From: a virus
Lineage: Duplodnaviria; Caudoviricetes
DNA: 39,343 nt
Strand: one strand, 5' to 3'
IMG/VR virus record: IMGVR_UViG_3300016265_000323
Span: 1-39,343 of that record
The position numbers were made by a program, and so were the translations under genes. Below are positions 18,283 to 25,790 of this stretch, piece after piece. Under the pieces are notes generated by a model. That model was not told the origin of the DNA. It saw only the letters and a list, made by a program, of their open reading frames with translations, and ran no database searches. How positions within the stretch are numbered: position 1 is the stretch's first letter; every line of letters begins with the position of its first letter.

Positions 18283-19476
18283 ATGACCGAAAGACAAAGG
18301 ATTGCAAAACAGTATTCAGATCATTTCACGGGCGTAAACAATACAGAAGTCGCAAGGCAATTGTATAAAGTACGCCCTGACTTATTCGGTAGCGTAGAGG
18401 CTGCAAGGCACATCATTAAAACAATACGCAACACGCCTGACGTATCTAATAGCGTAAACTTTCAGGGACTTTCCGAAGATGAAAAAGAACTGTTATTCAA
18501 ATACAGAGAATCAAAAACTGTATTGGAGGAAGAATGCAATAAATCGGGAATACCACTACAAAGCGTTAAGCACTATTGGTATAAGAGTAAGTCAATGTCA
18601 ATCTTCGCTAAGCCTAATCAGAAACGTATCGAAGACCTGAAAGAGGAAATGATGGAAGGGATGAAGTTATACTCTCCGAAGTTTCCGAAGATCGTTAGGC
18701 AGAAATTCAAAGACGCGTATTGCCTTGTAATTGATCCTGCTGATATACATATCGGCAAACTAGCATCTGAGTACGAAACAGGCGATAAATACAATACGAA
18801 CATCGCAGTTAAGCGCGTTAAGCAGGGTATTAAATCGCTCGTATCAATGGCATCGCATTACCCGATTGATCAGATCGTATTGATTATCGGTAACGACATA
18901 TTGCATACTGACAATGCGAAGCGAACCACTACAAGTGGAACGCCACAAGATACGGACGGGCAATGGTATGATAATTTCCTGATCGCTCAGAAGTTGTACG
19001 TTGACGTTATCGAAAGTCTTTTGCCACTTGCGAAGGTTCATATAATGCACGATCCATCTAATCATGATTACATGACGGGTTGGTTTCTTGCTCAGGTTAC
19101 AGAGGCATGGTTTCGTAATTGCAAAGACATTACGTTTGACAGCACATTAAGACACCGCAAGGCGTACCGTTATCATGATAATTTGATCGGCACTACACAC
19201 GGGGACGGAGCAAAGACGAAAGACCTTAACGCTTTATTGGCGCATGAATTCCCTGAGTTGTGGTCGGTAACAAAGCACCGATACATTTACACGCATCACG
19301 TACATCATAAGACTAGCAAGGATTTAATCGGAGTAACTGTTGAAAGTTCCCGATCTGCAAGCGGTACGGATTCATGGCATCATAGAAACGGTTATACGGG
19401 AGCGCCTAAAGCTATTGAGGCTTACCTTCATCATAAGACTAACGGACAGATTGCACGGTTCACACATATATTTTGA
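18283..19476 (+). CDS. Calcineurin-like metallophosphoesterase
   Basis: DIHIG, GNDILH, SNHD, THGD and HVHH motifs. Confidence 0.8.
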   Translation: MTERQRIAKQYSDHFTGVNNTEVARQLYKVRPDLFGSVEAARHIIKTIRNTPDVSNSVNFQGLSEDEKELLFKYRESKTVLEEECNKSGIPLQSVKHYWYKSKSMSIFAKPNQKRIEDLKEEMMEGMKLYSPKFPKIVRQKFKDAYCLVIDPADIHIGKLASEYETGDKYNTNIAVKRVKQGIKSLVSMASHYPIDQIVLIIGNDILHTDNAKRTTTSGTPQDTDGQWYDNFLIAQKLYVDVIESLLPLAKVHIMHDPSNHDYMTGWFLAQVTEAWFRNCKDITFDSTLRHRKAYRYHDNLIGTTHGDGAKTKDLNALLAHEFPELWSVTKHRYIYTHHVHHKTSKDLIGVTVESSRSASGTDSWHHRNGYTGAPKAIEAYLHHKTNGQIARFTHIF

Positions 19477-19515
19477 TTCATGATTAACATGATGTATATT
19501 TACAAAAAAAACATC

Positions 19516-19908
19516 ATGACACAGCAAGAAAGAAACAAATGGCAGCGTGAATTAAGAGCGAAAAATAATAACGCGCATACAAAAAAATACGAAAAAACTA
19601 AGAACGGATTTTTAATGCGAATGTATAGAAACATGAGTTCACGAATTAACGGTATTCAATGGAGAAAGGCGCACCTTTACTCTGGCAAATCGTTAATGAG
19701 TAAATTAGAGTTTTATGAGTTTGCAAAGAATGACGCTAACTTTGAAGTGCTTTTTTCTAATTGGCAGCAATCAAATTACGATAGAAAATTAGCCCCTTCG
19801 ATTGATCGGATTGACAGTTCAAAAGGTTATGAAATAGGCAATGTAAGATTCGTTACATTTAGTGAGAATTGCAGGAACACATCCAGACTAAAAGCTAATA
19901 ATGGATAA
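19516..19908 (+). CDS. HNH-like endonuclease
   Basis: SIDRIDSSKGYEIGNVRFVT..EN motif; AT-rich; start uncertain (19480, 19489/19492 or 19516). Confidence 0.7.
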   Translation: MTQQERNKWQRELRAKNNNAHTKKYEKTKNGFLMRMYRNMSSRINGIQWRKAHLYSGKSLMSKLEFYEFAKNDANFEVLFSNWQQSNYDRKLAPSIDRIDSSKGYEIGNVRFVTFSENCRNTSRLKANNG

Positions 19909-20200
19909 GCCCGAAAAATACCCGATACTAACCTTCCCGATATTAGTCGAGAATGAGTTAACGAATAAGAAGGAGCGACAGAATTTCACGCTGTATTTTC
20001 CTGCGCAGCCTGTGGAGTTTTTCAGAGGACACACGTTGTACGAAGACGGGGAGAATTATAACACCACTAGCGTAATGCTTTCGGACGGTACGGAGTTAAT
20101 CAGCGCGTGGAGTTACGACACGTTCTGTAAGAATGTAGTTCCATACATTGAGTACCATTACAGTAAATCATTTATAGAGATACCCGAAGACAATGGCTAA
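19901..20200 (+). CDS. Hypothetical protein
   Basis: 99 aa ORF overlapping both neighbours by 8 nt. Confidence 0.65.
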   Translation: MDKPEKYPILTFPILVENELTNKKERQNFTLYFPAQPVEFFRGHTLYEDGENYNTTSVMLSDGTELISAWSYDTFCKNVVPYIEYHYSKSFIEIPEDNG

Positions 20201-20747
20201 TTTTGATCTATACTATCCGAAGTTAAAGAAGCACGAGGGCGGTTATTGCTCCGCTGAATATGCTGCGATAATCGGAGATAAAGGAGGCGAAACGTACTTA
20301 GGTATTGCGCGGAACTTCAATCCCGAATGGCAGGGGTGGGCTATCATTGACGAATACAAAGCAAAGAACGGTGTTCCGAAGTGGAATAGCACTATCCCTG
20401 ATGATCGTTTGCCTGAACTTGCAAAGGCTCTGACAAAGGTTAAGTATTGGGACGCGCTTAAATGTGATTTATACGCCTCTCAGAGCGTTGCGGAGTACGT
20501 TATGGACTTCGGATATAACTCAGGGATTAAAACGGCTGCAAAGGCTTTACAACGCGTTATCGGTGTCGCTGATGACGGGGCTATTGGTAAGCAAACATTA
20601 ACAGCGTTAAATTCAGCCGATCAAAAGGCTGTGTTTGATAAACTTGTTTCGTATCGCGTAGATTTCATTAGCATGATAAGCACGTTACGACCTGACGTTA
20701 TTCAAGGACTAATCAAAAGGGTTAAATCATTTACATTCACATCATGA
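20193..20747 (+). CDS. Endolysin, glycoside hydrolase family 108 with peptidoglycan-binding region
   Basis: HEGGY...DKGGETYLGI; C-terminal LQRVIGVADDGAIGKQT. Confidence 0.9.
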   Translation: MANFDLYYPKLKKHEGGYCSAEYAAIIGDKGGETYLGIARNFNPEWQGWAIIDEYKAKNGVPKWNSTIPDDRLPELAKALTKVKYWDALKCDLYASQSVAEYVMDFGYNSGIKTAAKALQRVIGVADDGAIGKQTLTALNSADQKAVFDKLVSYRVDFISMISTLRPDVIQGLIKRVKSFTFTS

Positions 20748-21235
20748 GTTTCATTGCAAACATTATCGGAAAGGTCACGTCAACGGGCGCGGCTAACATC
20801 GTGGAGTCAGTTGGCAACGTAGCGGATAAGTTCATTACGACTGGTCAGGAAAAAGAAGAGTTCAAAGCGGAGGTTGCGAAAGAAGTTAACCGACACATTG
20901 AGGCTATGGCTGCGGCTCAGAATAGCGAACTTGAAACGCTGATGAAAGACATGGATTCAGCGCGTGATATGAATTCACGTATTCAGGAGAGCGATAAAGC
21001 GTCATGGCTGAGTAAAAACATCGCGTACCTGATTGACTGCGTATTTGTCGTTGCGTTCATCCTGATGCTTGTAATGATATTCAACAAGGCTGTACCCGAA
21101 TCGAACAAGGAACTATTTTATACAGGCTTCGGATTGCTCGGTGCAAACGTCAGCACTATACTGAATTTTCATCGCGGTACTTCTATCGGTAGCGAACGGA
21201 AGCAGAAGCAGATTGATAAGATAATGAGCAAATAA
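20744..21235 (+). CDS. Holin (GTA 3TM holin-like)
   Basis: DKFITT..EK N-terminal motif, DSAR and two clear transmembrane segments; adjacent to the endolysin. Confidence 0.7.
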   Translation: MSFIANIIGKVTSTGAANIVESVGNVADKFITTGQEKEEFKAEVAKEVNRHIEAMAAAQNSELETLMKDMDSARDMNSRIQESDKASWLSKNIAYLIDCVFVVAFILMLVMIFNKAVPESNKELFYTGFGLLGANVSTILNFHRGTSIGSERKQKQIDKIMSK

Positions 21236-21258
21236 AAAAGGGGCTTGCGCCCCGTTGT
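21234..21258. terminator. Hairpin between convergent transcription units
   Basis: AAAAAA-GGGGC-TTGC-GCCCC; the T tract is on the - strand. Confidence 0.6.
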
Positions 21259-21608
21259 TATTTTTTCATTTCGTGGTTCATAGGTTGGTTAGTTTGGTTT
21301 AATTCGATTCTTATATCTTCGTCAGAATCAAAATTTTTATTTTCTGATATTATTCCTTCATTCTTGAGATCAATCATTCTTTCCCATGAATACGAATATG
21401 TAGGATATTCGTCACCTTTAAGATATAGCGAACTATTATTGATAGAATAATGTTCAACCTGAAAATATAGGGATGGAACTGTTCTGTTGTCGTAACTAAA
21501 CATACTATACAATGATGAATCAATACATTTACTTACAAGACCCATTAGAGTATTTTTTTGCTTGTTTATGTTTCTGTTTAATTTTGAAAAATTTATTTCC
21601 TTTGCCAT
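21258..21608 (-). CDS. Hypothetical protein
   Basis: 116 aa AT-rich ORF, last gene of the leftward arm. Confidence 0.7.
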   Translation of the reverse strand: MAKEINFSKLNRNINKQKNTLMGLVSKCIDSSLYSMFSYDNRTVPSLYFQVEHYSINNSSLYLKGDEYPTYSYSWERMIDLKNEGIISENKNFDSDEDIRIELNQTNQPMNHEMKK

Positions 21609-21609
21609 T

Positions 21610-21939
21610 TTACATTAATTTAAAGTTTCCGTTTTTTTGCTCTCTGTAATGTTTCAAAACTTTGCACGATTTGAAATCAGAAACAAAATAAATATGGATG
21701 TATGATGTTTTAATTTGTCGGTATGCGCTATATGAATACTTTCTGTAAGCTATGACGCAATTGCCACCTACTAAAATATAATGCTTATATCCTATTGAAT
21801 TGTTTCTATTCACAACATCAACAATATCAATGAAGCGAGAATCTCCACCCAAAACAACATAATCTGCAATCGCAGTATCATATAAATCTAAATAGTCGAA
21901 GTTTGATTTTTCGATTCCGTCTTTAATTACTTTTTTCAT
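21610..21939 (-). CDS. Hypothetical early protein
   Basis: Start revised to ATG 21939 (MKKVIK), just downstream of a consensus promoter. Confidence 0.7.
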   Translation of the reverse strand: MKKVIKDGIEKSNFDYLDLYDTAIADYVVLGGDSRFIDIVDVVNRNNSIGYKHYILVGGNCVIAYRKYSYSAYRQIKTSYIHIYFVSDFKSCKVLKHYREQKNGNFKLM

Positions 21940-21965
21940 AGTTGTTTCGTTTTGATGTATCAAAG
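21932..21965. repeat. 34-bp direct repeat, copy 1 (promoter end, leader and ATG)
   Basis: TTTTTCATAGTTGTTTCGTTTTGATGTATCAAAG, identical to 23982-24015. Confidence 0.9.
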
Positions 21966-21990
21966 ATACACAAAGGGGTGACACCTGCAA
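21961..21990 (-). promoter_or_regulatory. Bacteroidota sigma70-type promoter
   Basis: TTG-N19-TATCTTTG on the - strand. Confidence 0.75.
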
Positions 21991-22107
21991 CATCAGATAT
22001 GTTAAAAAATGTTAAAAAGTAGAAAGCCATCGACAAGATCATGCAGAAGTAACCATACCTCCCCGATCAGTTGGGATAAGCCTGTAAACGTAAGGCATAT
22101 CGGATAG

Positions 22108-22347
22108 TTAGGTGCAATAAAAAATAATTTTTATCGGCTCACCTACTAATTCGTACTGTTGTATTTCAGGCATATCCCAAAATGTAATTCCTTTTTCTTC
22201 AAACCATTCTTCAATAATCCTATCTACAAACTGCCACGTGTTTGTATCAACGTGGTATCTTTGTCCATCATTTACCTTTGGAAATAGCCGTTGTATTTCT
22301 TCGTGGCTTATTTCGTATTTCTTTAACTTTTGTATTTCCTCGCTCAT
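22108..22347 (-). CDS. Hypothetical protein carried by cassette 1
   Basis: 79 aa; its TAA stop is the TTA of the GTTA core site. Confidence 0.7.
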   Translation of the reverse strand: MSEEIQKLKKYEISHEEIQRLFPKVNDGQRYHVDTNTWQFVDRIIEEWFEEKGITFWDMPEIQQYELVGEPIKIIFYCT

Positions 22348-22417
22348 AAAAATTATTTTTTACAGACACCTAACACGGGCTAAAACAACATTAAAACGAT
22401 TGTTTAGCCCGAAACCG
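22108..22417 (+). mobile_element. Integron-like gene cassette 1
   Basis: Begins G|TTAGGT (GTTRRRY, 22107-22113) and ends in an attC-like site whose R'' ACCTAAC is the exact complement. Confidence 0.7.
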
Positions 22418-22752
22418 TTAGCGGTAATACTAATCCCAACCACGACAACCATCGTAATGAGAATTAACAAGCCACAATTCTGATTCATTTTTTTAGGAAA
22501 AATTACTCTATCCATTTGAACAAATGCAGTTTCTTTTTCGCTTATTTTAGAGCAATAACAACAATGAAAACCATTTTCACGTTTATCTATCACTTTTCTT
22601 TTTTGTAATTCTAAAAGAAAATTATCTCTGTATTTATCAACCAATACATCTTTGAAATAAATCTCTTTTGCTAAATCCGACAAAGCACTACCGCTAACAT
22701 CGGTTTTGCGTAATGCCTGCATTTGTTCTTTAGTCAAGTTTTGTAGTTCCAT
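22360..22752 (-). CDS. Hypothetical protein of cassette 2 (possibly frameshifted near 22490)
   Basis: Starts inside the attC2 loop; ALRKTDVSGS is the attC arm read in antisense; contains CCYC. Confidence 0.6.
   Translation of the reverse strand: MELQNLTKEQMQALRKTDVSGSALSDLAKEIYFKDVLVDKYRDNFLLELQKRKVIDKRENGFHCCYCSKISEKETAFVQMDRVIFPKKMNQNCGLLILITMVVVVGISITANGFGLNNRFNVVLARVRCL
22368..22423 (+). other. attC-like recombination site 1 (56 bp)
   Basis: ACCTAAC...CGGGCTAAAACAA / TTGTTTAGCCCG (one extra base in the left arm)...GTTAGCG. Confidence 0.7.
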
Positions 22753-22817
22753 TTTACATTTGTATTAAAGTGAGCGTTAGTAATTCTATTACGGCACTAA
22801 CGCAAAGCCGTTTACCG
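22418..22817 (+). mobile_element. Integron-like gene cassette 2
   Basis: Begins G|TTAGCGGTA; its own attC-like R'' region TACCGCTAAC (22689-22698) is the 10-bp complement. Confidence 0.7.
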
Positions 22818-22823
22818 TTATGC
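22692..22823 (+). other. attC-like recombination site 2 (132 bp)
   Basis: CGCTAAC...CGGTTTTGCGTAATGCC (22701-22717) / GGCACTAACGCAAAGCCG (22793-22810)...GTTATGC. Confidence 0.7.
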
Positions 22824-23228
22824 GCTAAACTCCTTCATCATTCTTTTTATGCTTCGTCGTTCGCGTAGCAGGGAGTGTATTTTGTACTCCACATCGCGCA
22901 GGATCGTGTCTAGCGTCTTCGGTTCGCGGTGCTTTGAGGCGATGGAACTGAACGCCTCGTATTGCAGCGCGTAGCGTTTATCCGTTTCGATCAGGTCAAA
23001 GTGCTTGTGGTTGTGGTGCAGGATCGTTGCGTGGTTTAGCTTCAGTTCTCGTGCAATAGCTGATACGCTAAGGTCTGTGTTCCACTTCAGGAAATGCGCG
23101 ACAAATCGTTTAGCCTGTACAACTTCGGCTTTGCGTGATTCGCTTTGTATCACTTCGGCAGGTAGTCCGAACAGTTCATGCGCTGCGTGGAAGCACGCGT
23201 TAATCTTTAATGCGTTTTCGGGTTTCAT
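22818..23228 (-). CDS. DnaA C-terminal (domain IV)-like helix-turn-helix protein
   Basis: SRKAEVVQAK...TDLSVSAIARELKLNHATILH resembles Bac_DnaA_C. Confidence 0.75.
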   Translation of the reverse strand: MKPENALKINACFHAAHELFGLPAEVIQSESRKAEVVQAKRFVAHFLKWNTDLSVSAIARELKLNHATILHHNHKHFDLIETDKRYALQYEAFSSIASKHREPKTLDTILRDVEYKIHSLLRERRSIKRMMKEFSA

Positions 23229-23503
23229 TCTTCTAGTTTCGTTTTTATTTTACACGTGTCGCCCTTCCAGTTGATCAGGTATTTACCTGTACTATCCACG
23301 TGAAAGGCATCGACGTAGGTAGTGTCAATGTTGTACGATGGCAGCGTTTTGGGTTTGGGTGTCATTGCTGAACCGATCACCATTGCTGCGATTGCTGCGA
23401 TAATGTACATGGCGATTATCAGCAGTCCGAGATGTTTCCAGTCGCTCATTAGTGAAATCGTCTTTTTAGTTCTGGTTTGTGATCTGTTGTTGACGCTTTC
23501 CAT
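23225..23503 (-). CDS. Hypothetical membrane protein
   Basis: One transmembrane segment; overlaps neighbours; start uncertain. Confidence 0.55.
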   Translation of the reverse strand: MESVNNRSQTRTKKTISLMSDWKHLGLLIIAMYIIAAIAAMVIGSAMTPKPKTLPSYNIDTTYVDAFHVDSTGKYLINWKGDTCKIKTKLEE

Positions 23504-23640
23504 TTGTTACCGACCATGAAGGGCGTAACGGTGTGAGAAAGTTTGAGTTGTTTCTTTGGCTTGAACTCCGCGACCTTGCGCTGAATGTCCGCTGTGATCT
23601 TATCGTAACGCATTTCTTCTTCGTGTCTGTTATTTTTCAT
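23449..23640 (-). CDS. Hypothetical protein
   Basis: 63 aa ORF in the packed operon. Confidence 0.55.
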   Translation of the reverse strand: MKNNRHEEEMRYDKITADIQRKVAEFKPKKQLKLSHTVTPFMVGNKWKASTTDHKPELKRRFH

Positions 23641-23869
23641 CGGTTGCTTTTTTGATGGCGTTGCTTACCAATAAATAGGTTTCATTCTTAACGTACCCGT
23701 GCTGATCTAAGTTGTCGTGTACCTGAATCAGGCATTGCAGCAGTTCAGCCGCGTTGGTGCGCTCTAGGCAGGTGTTGTAGCCTGACGCCCATGCTAATTC
23801 AGCAGGCAGAAGATTAGTCACTTTCGGAGCATCTTCGCTCGTCACCTCTGTGAAGTTGTCGTGGTTCAT
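23630..23869 (-). CDS. Hypothetical protein
   Basis: 79 aa with an A-rich leader; AAELLQCL...NAIKKAT ending. Confidence 0.7.
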   Translation of the reverse strand: MNHDNFTEVTSEDAPKVTNLLPAELAWASGYNTCLERTNAAELLQCLIQVHDNLDQHGYVKNETYLLVSNAIKKATDEK

Positions 23870-23881
23870 AGTTGGTTTGTT

Positions 23882-23989
23882 TTAGTGTCCTCCCGAAAAA
23901 TAATATTCTCTTAGTAATTTATACGGGTATTTTGAAAACAGGCTGATGTTGTTTGATTTCCAGTAAATCCAAGTGATCTCGTTTTTCAT
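23882..23989 (-). CDS. Small hypothetical protein (35 aa, not in the ORF track)
   Basis: MKNEITWIYWKSNNISLFSKYPYKLLREYYFSGGH; first ATG after the consensus promoter and repeated leader. Confidence 0.55.
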   Translation of the reverse strand: MKNEITWIYWKSNNISLFSKYPYKLLREYYFSGGH

Positions 23990-24015
23990 AGTTGTTTCGT
24001 TTTGATGTATCAAAG
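23982..24015. repeat. 34-bp direct repeat, copy 2
   Basis: Identical to 21932-21965. Confidence 0.9.
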
Positions 24016-24042
24016 GTAACACGGGTATTACAACCCTGCAAA
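24011..24042 (-). promoter_or_regulatory. Bacteroidota sigma70-type promoter with operator-like box
   Basis: TTTG-N20-TACCTTTG on the - strand; ACGGGTATTAC (24021-24031) lies in the spacer. Confidence 0.8.
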
Positions 24043-24089
24043 TTTATTTTGTTAAAATTACGCAACTCGCTGAAAATCAAAGGAATAAA

Positions 24090-25472
24090 TTAAAAGGGAA
24101 CGTCTAAAAATCCCGTATTCGGCTGCATTTGCGCGGTTTTCTCTGGGTCAATAAACTTCGTTTGATTCGCTATGAATCCCACATTTACCGCACCTACCGA
24201 ACCATCACGATTCTTAGCGATAATGATCTCCGCTTGCCCTGTTGTACTATTGCCGTTAGCGTCAACAGTTTGCCCGTAGTATTCGGGGCGGTGAATAAAC
24301 ATTACCATATCCGCATCCTGTTCGATCTGACCCGATTCGCGTAAGTCTGATAGTTGAGGGCGTTTATCTCCTCCGCGTTGCTCTACGGCTCGGCTTAACT
24401 GTGCCAATGCCAACACGGGGCAATCACATACCTTGCTGATCTCCTTTAACCCTTTCGACACGTCCGCAACTTCCTGTTCGCGGTTTCCTTTGCGCTCGGA
24501 GTTTTTGATCAGTTGCAAATAGTCAACGACTATCAGAATATCTTTGCCCTCGTGCTTGCGTTTGAACTTCAAAGCCTTTGCCCTCATGTCGCTGATCGTT
24601 ATCGGTGTGGTGTCGTCAATGAACATCGGCAAATCCGCTAACCTTCCACGTGCGTTCGATACTTCAATCAGTTCTGTATCATTCAACCATCCCGATTTGT
24701 AAGCGTGTGAATCAATACCTGATTCCGTGATAACTAAACGCTGAGTTAGTTGCGCCTCTGACATTTCGATTGAAAATATCAGAACAGGCACATCACAGTA
24801 ACGGGCTATGTGCATAGCTAGTGAAGTCTTACCCATTGCAGGGCGTGCGGCTAAGATGTTCAACGTCGCTTTCTGCAATCCTAGCGTCATGCGGTTTAAC
24901 TCAGTCAGCCCTGTTTTAACGCCTGTGGGCAGTCCTTTCTTTCGCGCCTCTACCCTGCGATCATAACTATCAATATCGCGTTTAATCGCCTCCACGATAT
25001 GCGTTGCCTCCCGTCCTGAGATCGTGTGATTCAGCGTAAAGTCGTAAAGGTTGCGGATAGCCGTTTGCAGGTCGATAACGTCCGCTGTGTCTTCATAGCA
25101 CCGCGCCGATATAGCCATTGTTGCCGATGCGATCTCACGCTGAATGTACTTTTGCAGAATGATACGGGCATGAAACTCAATGTTAGCCGTTGACCCGACC
25201 CGATCCGTTAACTGACTGACGTACATCAACCCTCCTACCTGCTCGATATATCCGTCTTTCTTTAACCTCTGAGCGACTGTAACAATGTCAATCGGGGATT
25301 TATCTTTATGCACCCGTTCAATCGTTTGCCATATCAGCCCGTTTTTAGGCTCGTAGAAACACTTATCGTTCAGGATAGGGCTAACGGTATCGAACGCCTC
25401 TCGATCTAGCAACACAGAGCCTAAAACAATCGTTTCAAGGTCTGTTGCCTGTGGTGGTTTACGGTCAATCAT
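24090..25472 (-). CDS. dnaB: Replicative DNA helicase
   Basis: AARPAMGKT, FSIEM, VVDYLQL, LAQLSR, DLRESGQIEQDAD and IAKNRDG motifs. Confidence 0.97.
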   Translation of the reverse strand: MIDRKPPQATDLETIVLGSVLLDREAFDTVSPILNDKCFYEPKNGLIWQTIERVHKDKSPIDIVTVAQRLKKDGYIEQVGGLMYVSQLTDRVGSTANIEFHARIILQKYIQREIASATMAISARCYEDTADVIDLQTAIRNLYDFTLNHTISGREATHIVEAIKRDIDSYDRRVEARKKGLPTGVKTGLTELNRMTLGLQKATLNILAARPAMGKTSLAMHIARYCDVPVLIFSIEMSEAQLTQRLVITESGIDSHAYKSGWLNDTELIEVSNARGRLADLPMFIDDTTPITISDMRAKALKFKRKHEGKDILIVVDYLQLIKNSERKGNREQEVADVSKGLKEISKVCDCPVLALAQLSRAVEQRGGDKRPQLSDLRESGQIEQDADMVMFIHRPEYYGQTVDANGNSTTGQAEIIIAKNRDGSVGAVNVGFIANQTKFIDPEKTAQMQPNTGFLDVPF

Positions 25473-25789
25473 TCTGTGTAAGGTTTTCCGCGTTCGTCGA
25501 ACTTCACTTTTTTGAAGTAGGGCGGTTCGGGTTTATGATCGGATGATTGCTTCGTAGCGTTTTCAAGTTGCTTCCCTATCCAGTTGCTACACCATGCCTT
25601 TGCACGATTCAGGGCTACATATTCTTCACCCTGAGTAGCGAAGTGCGTTATCCATGCCTCAATAGCTTTATCGACGCGGTACAACTCTATTCTCCACTTA
25701 CGCGATACCGCCTCTTTCCAACTTACTGATTCCAACAACGCACTCCGCAACTCTATCCAATCGTTTTTATCGTTGAATATTCGGGTCAT
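25469..25789 (-). CDS. Hypothetical replication-associated protein
   Basis: Directly upstream of dnaB; helical with a ...SNW motif reminiscent of initiator C-terminal domains. Confidence 0.5.
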   Translation of the reverse strand: MTRIFNDKNDWIELRSALLESVSWKEAVSRKWRIELYRVDKAIEAWITHFATQGEEYVALNRAKAWCSNWIGKQLENATKQSSDHKPEPPYFKKVKFDERGKPYTE

Positions 25790-25790
25790 T

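Noticed and set aside
22045-22113. attC or attI site upstream of cassette 1
   Set aside because: Only short pairings (CCGAT/ATCGG, GCCT/AGGC) without proper box spacing; could be a degenerate remnant.
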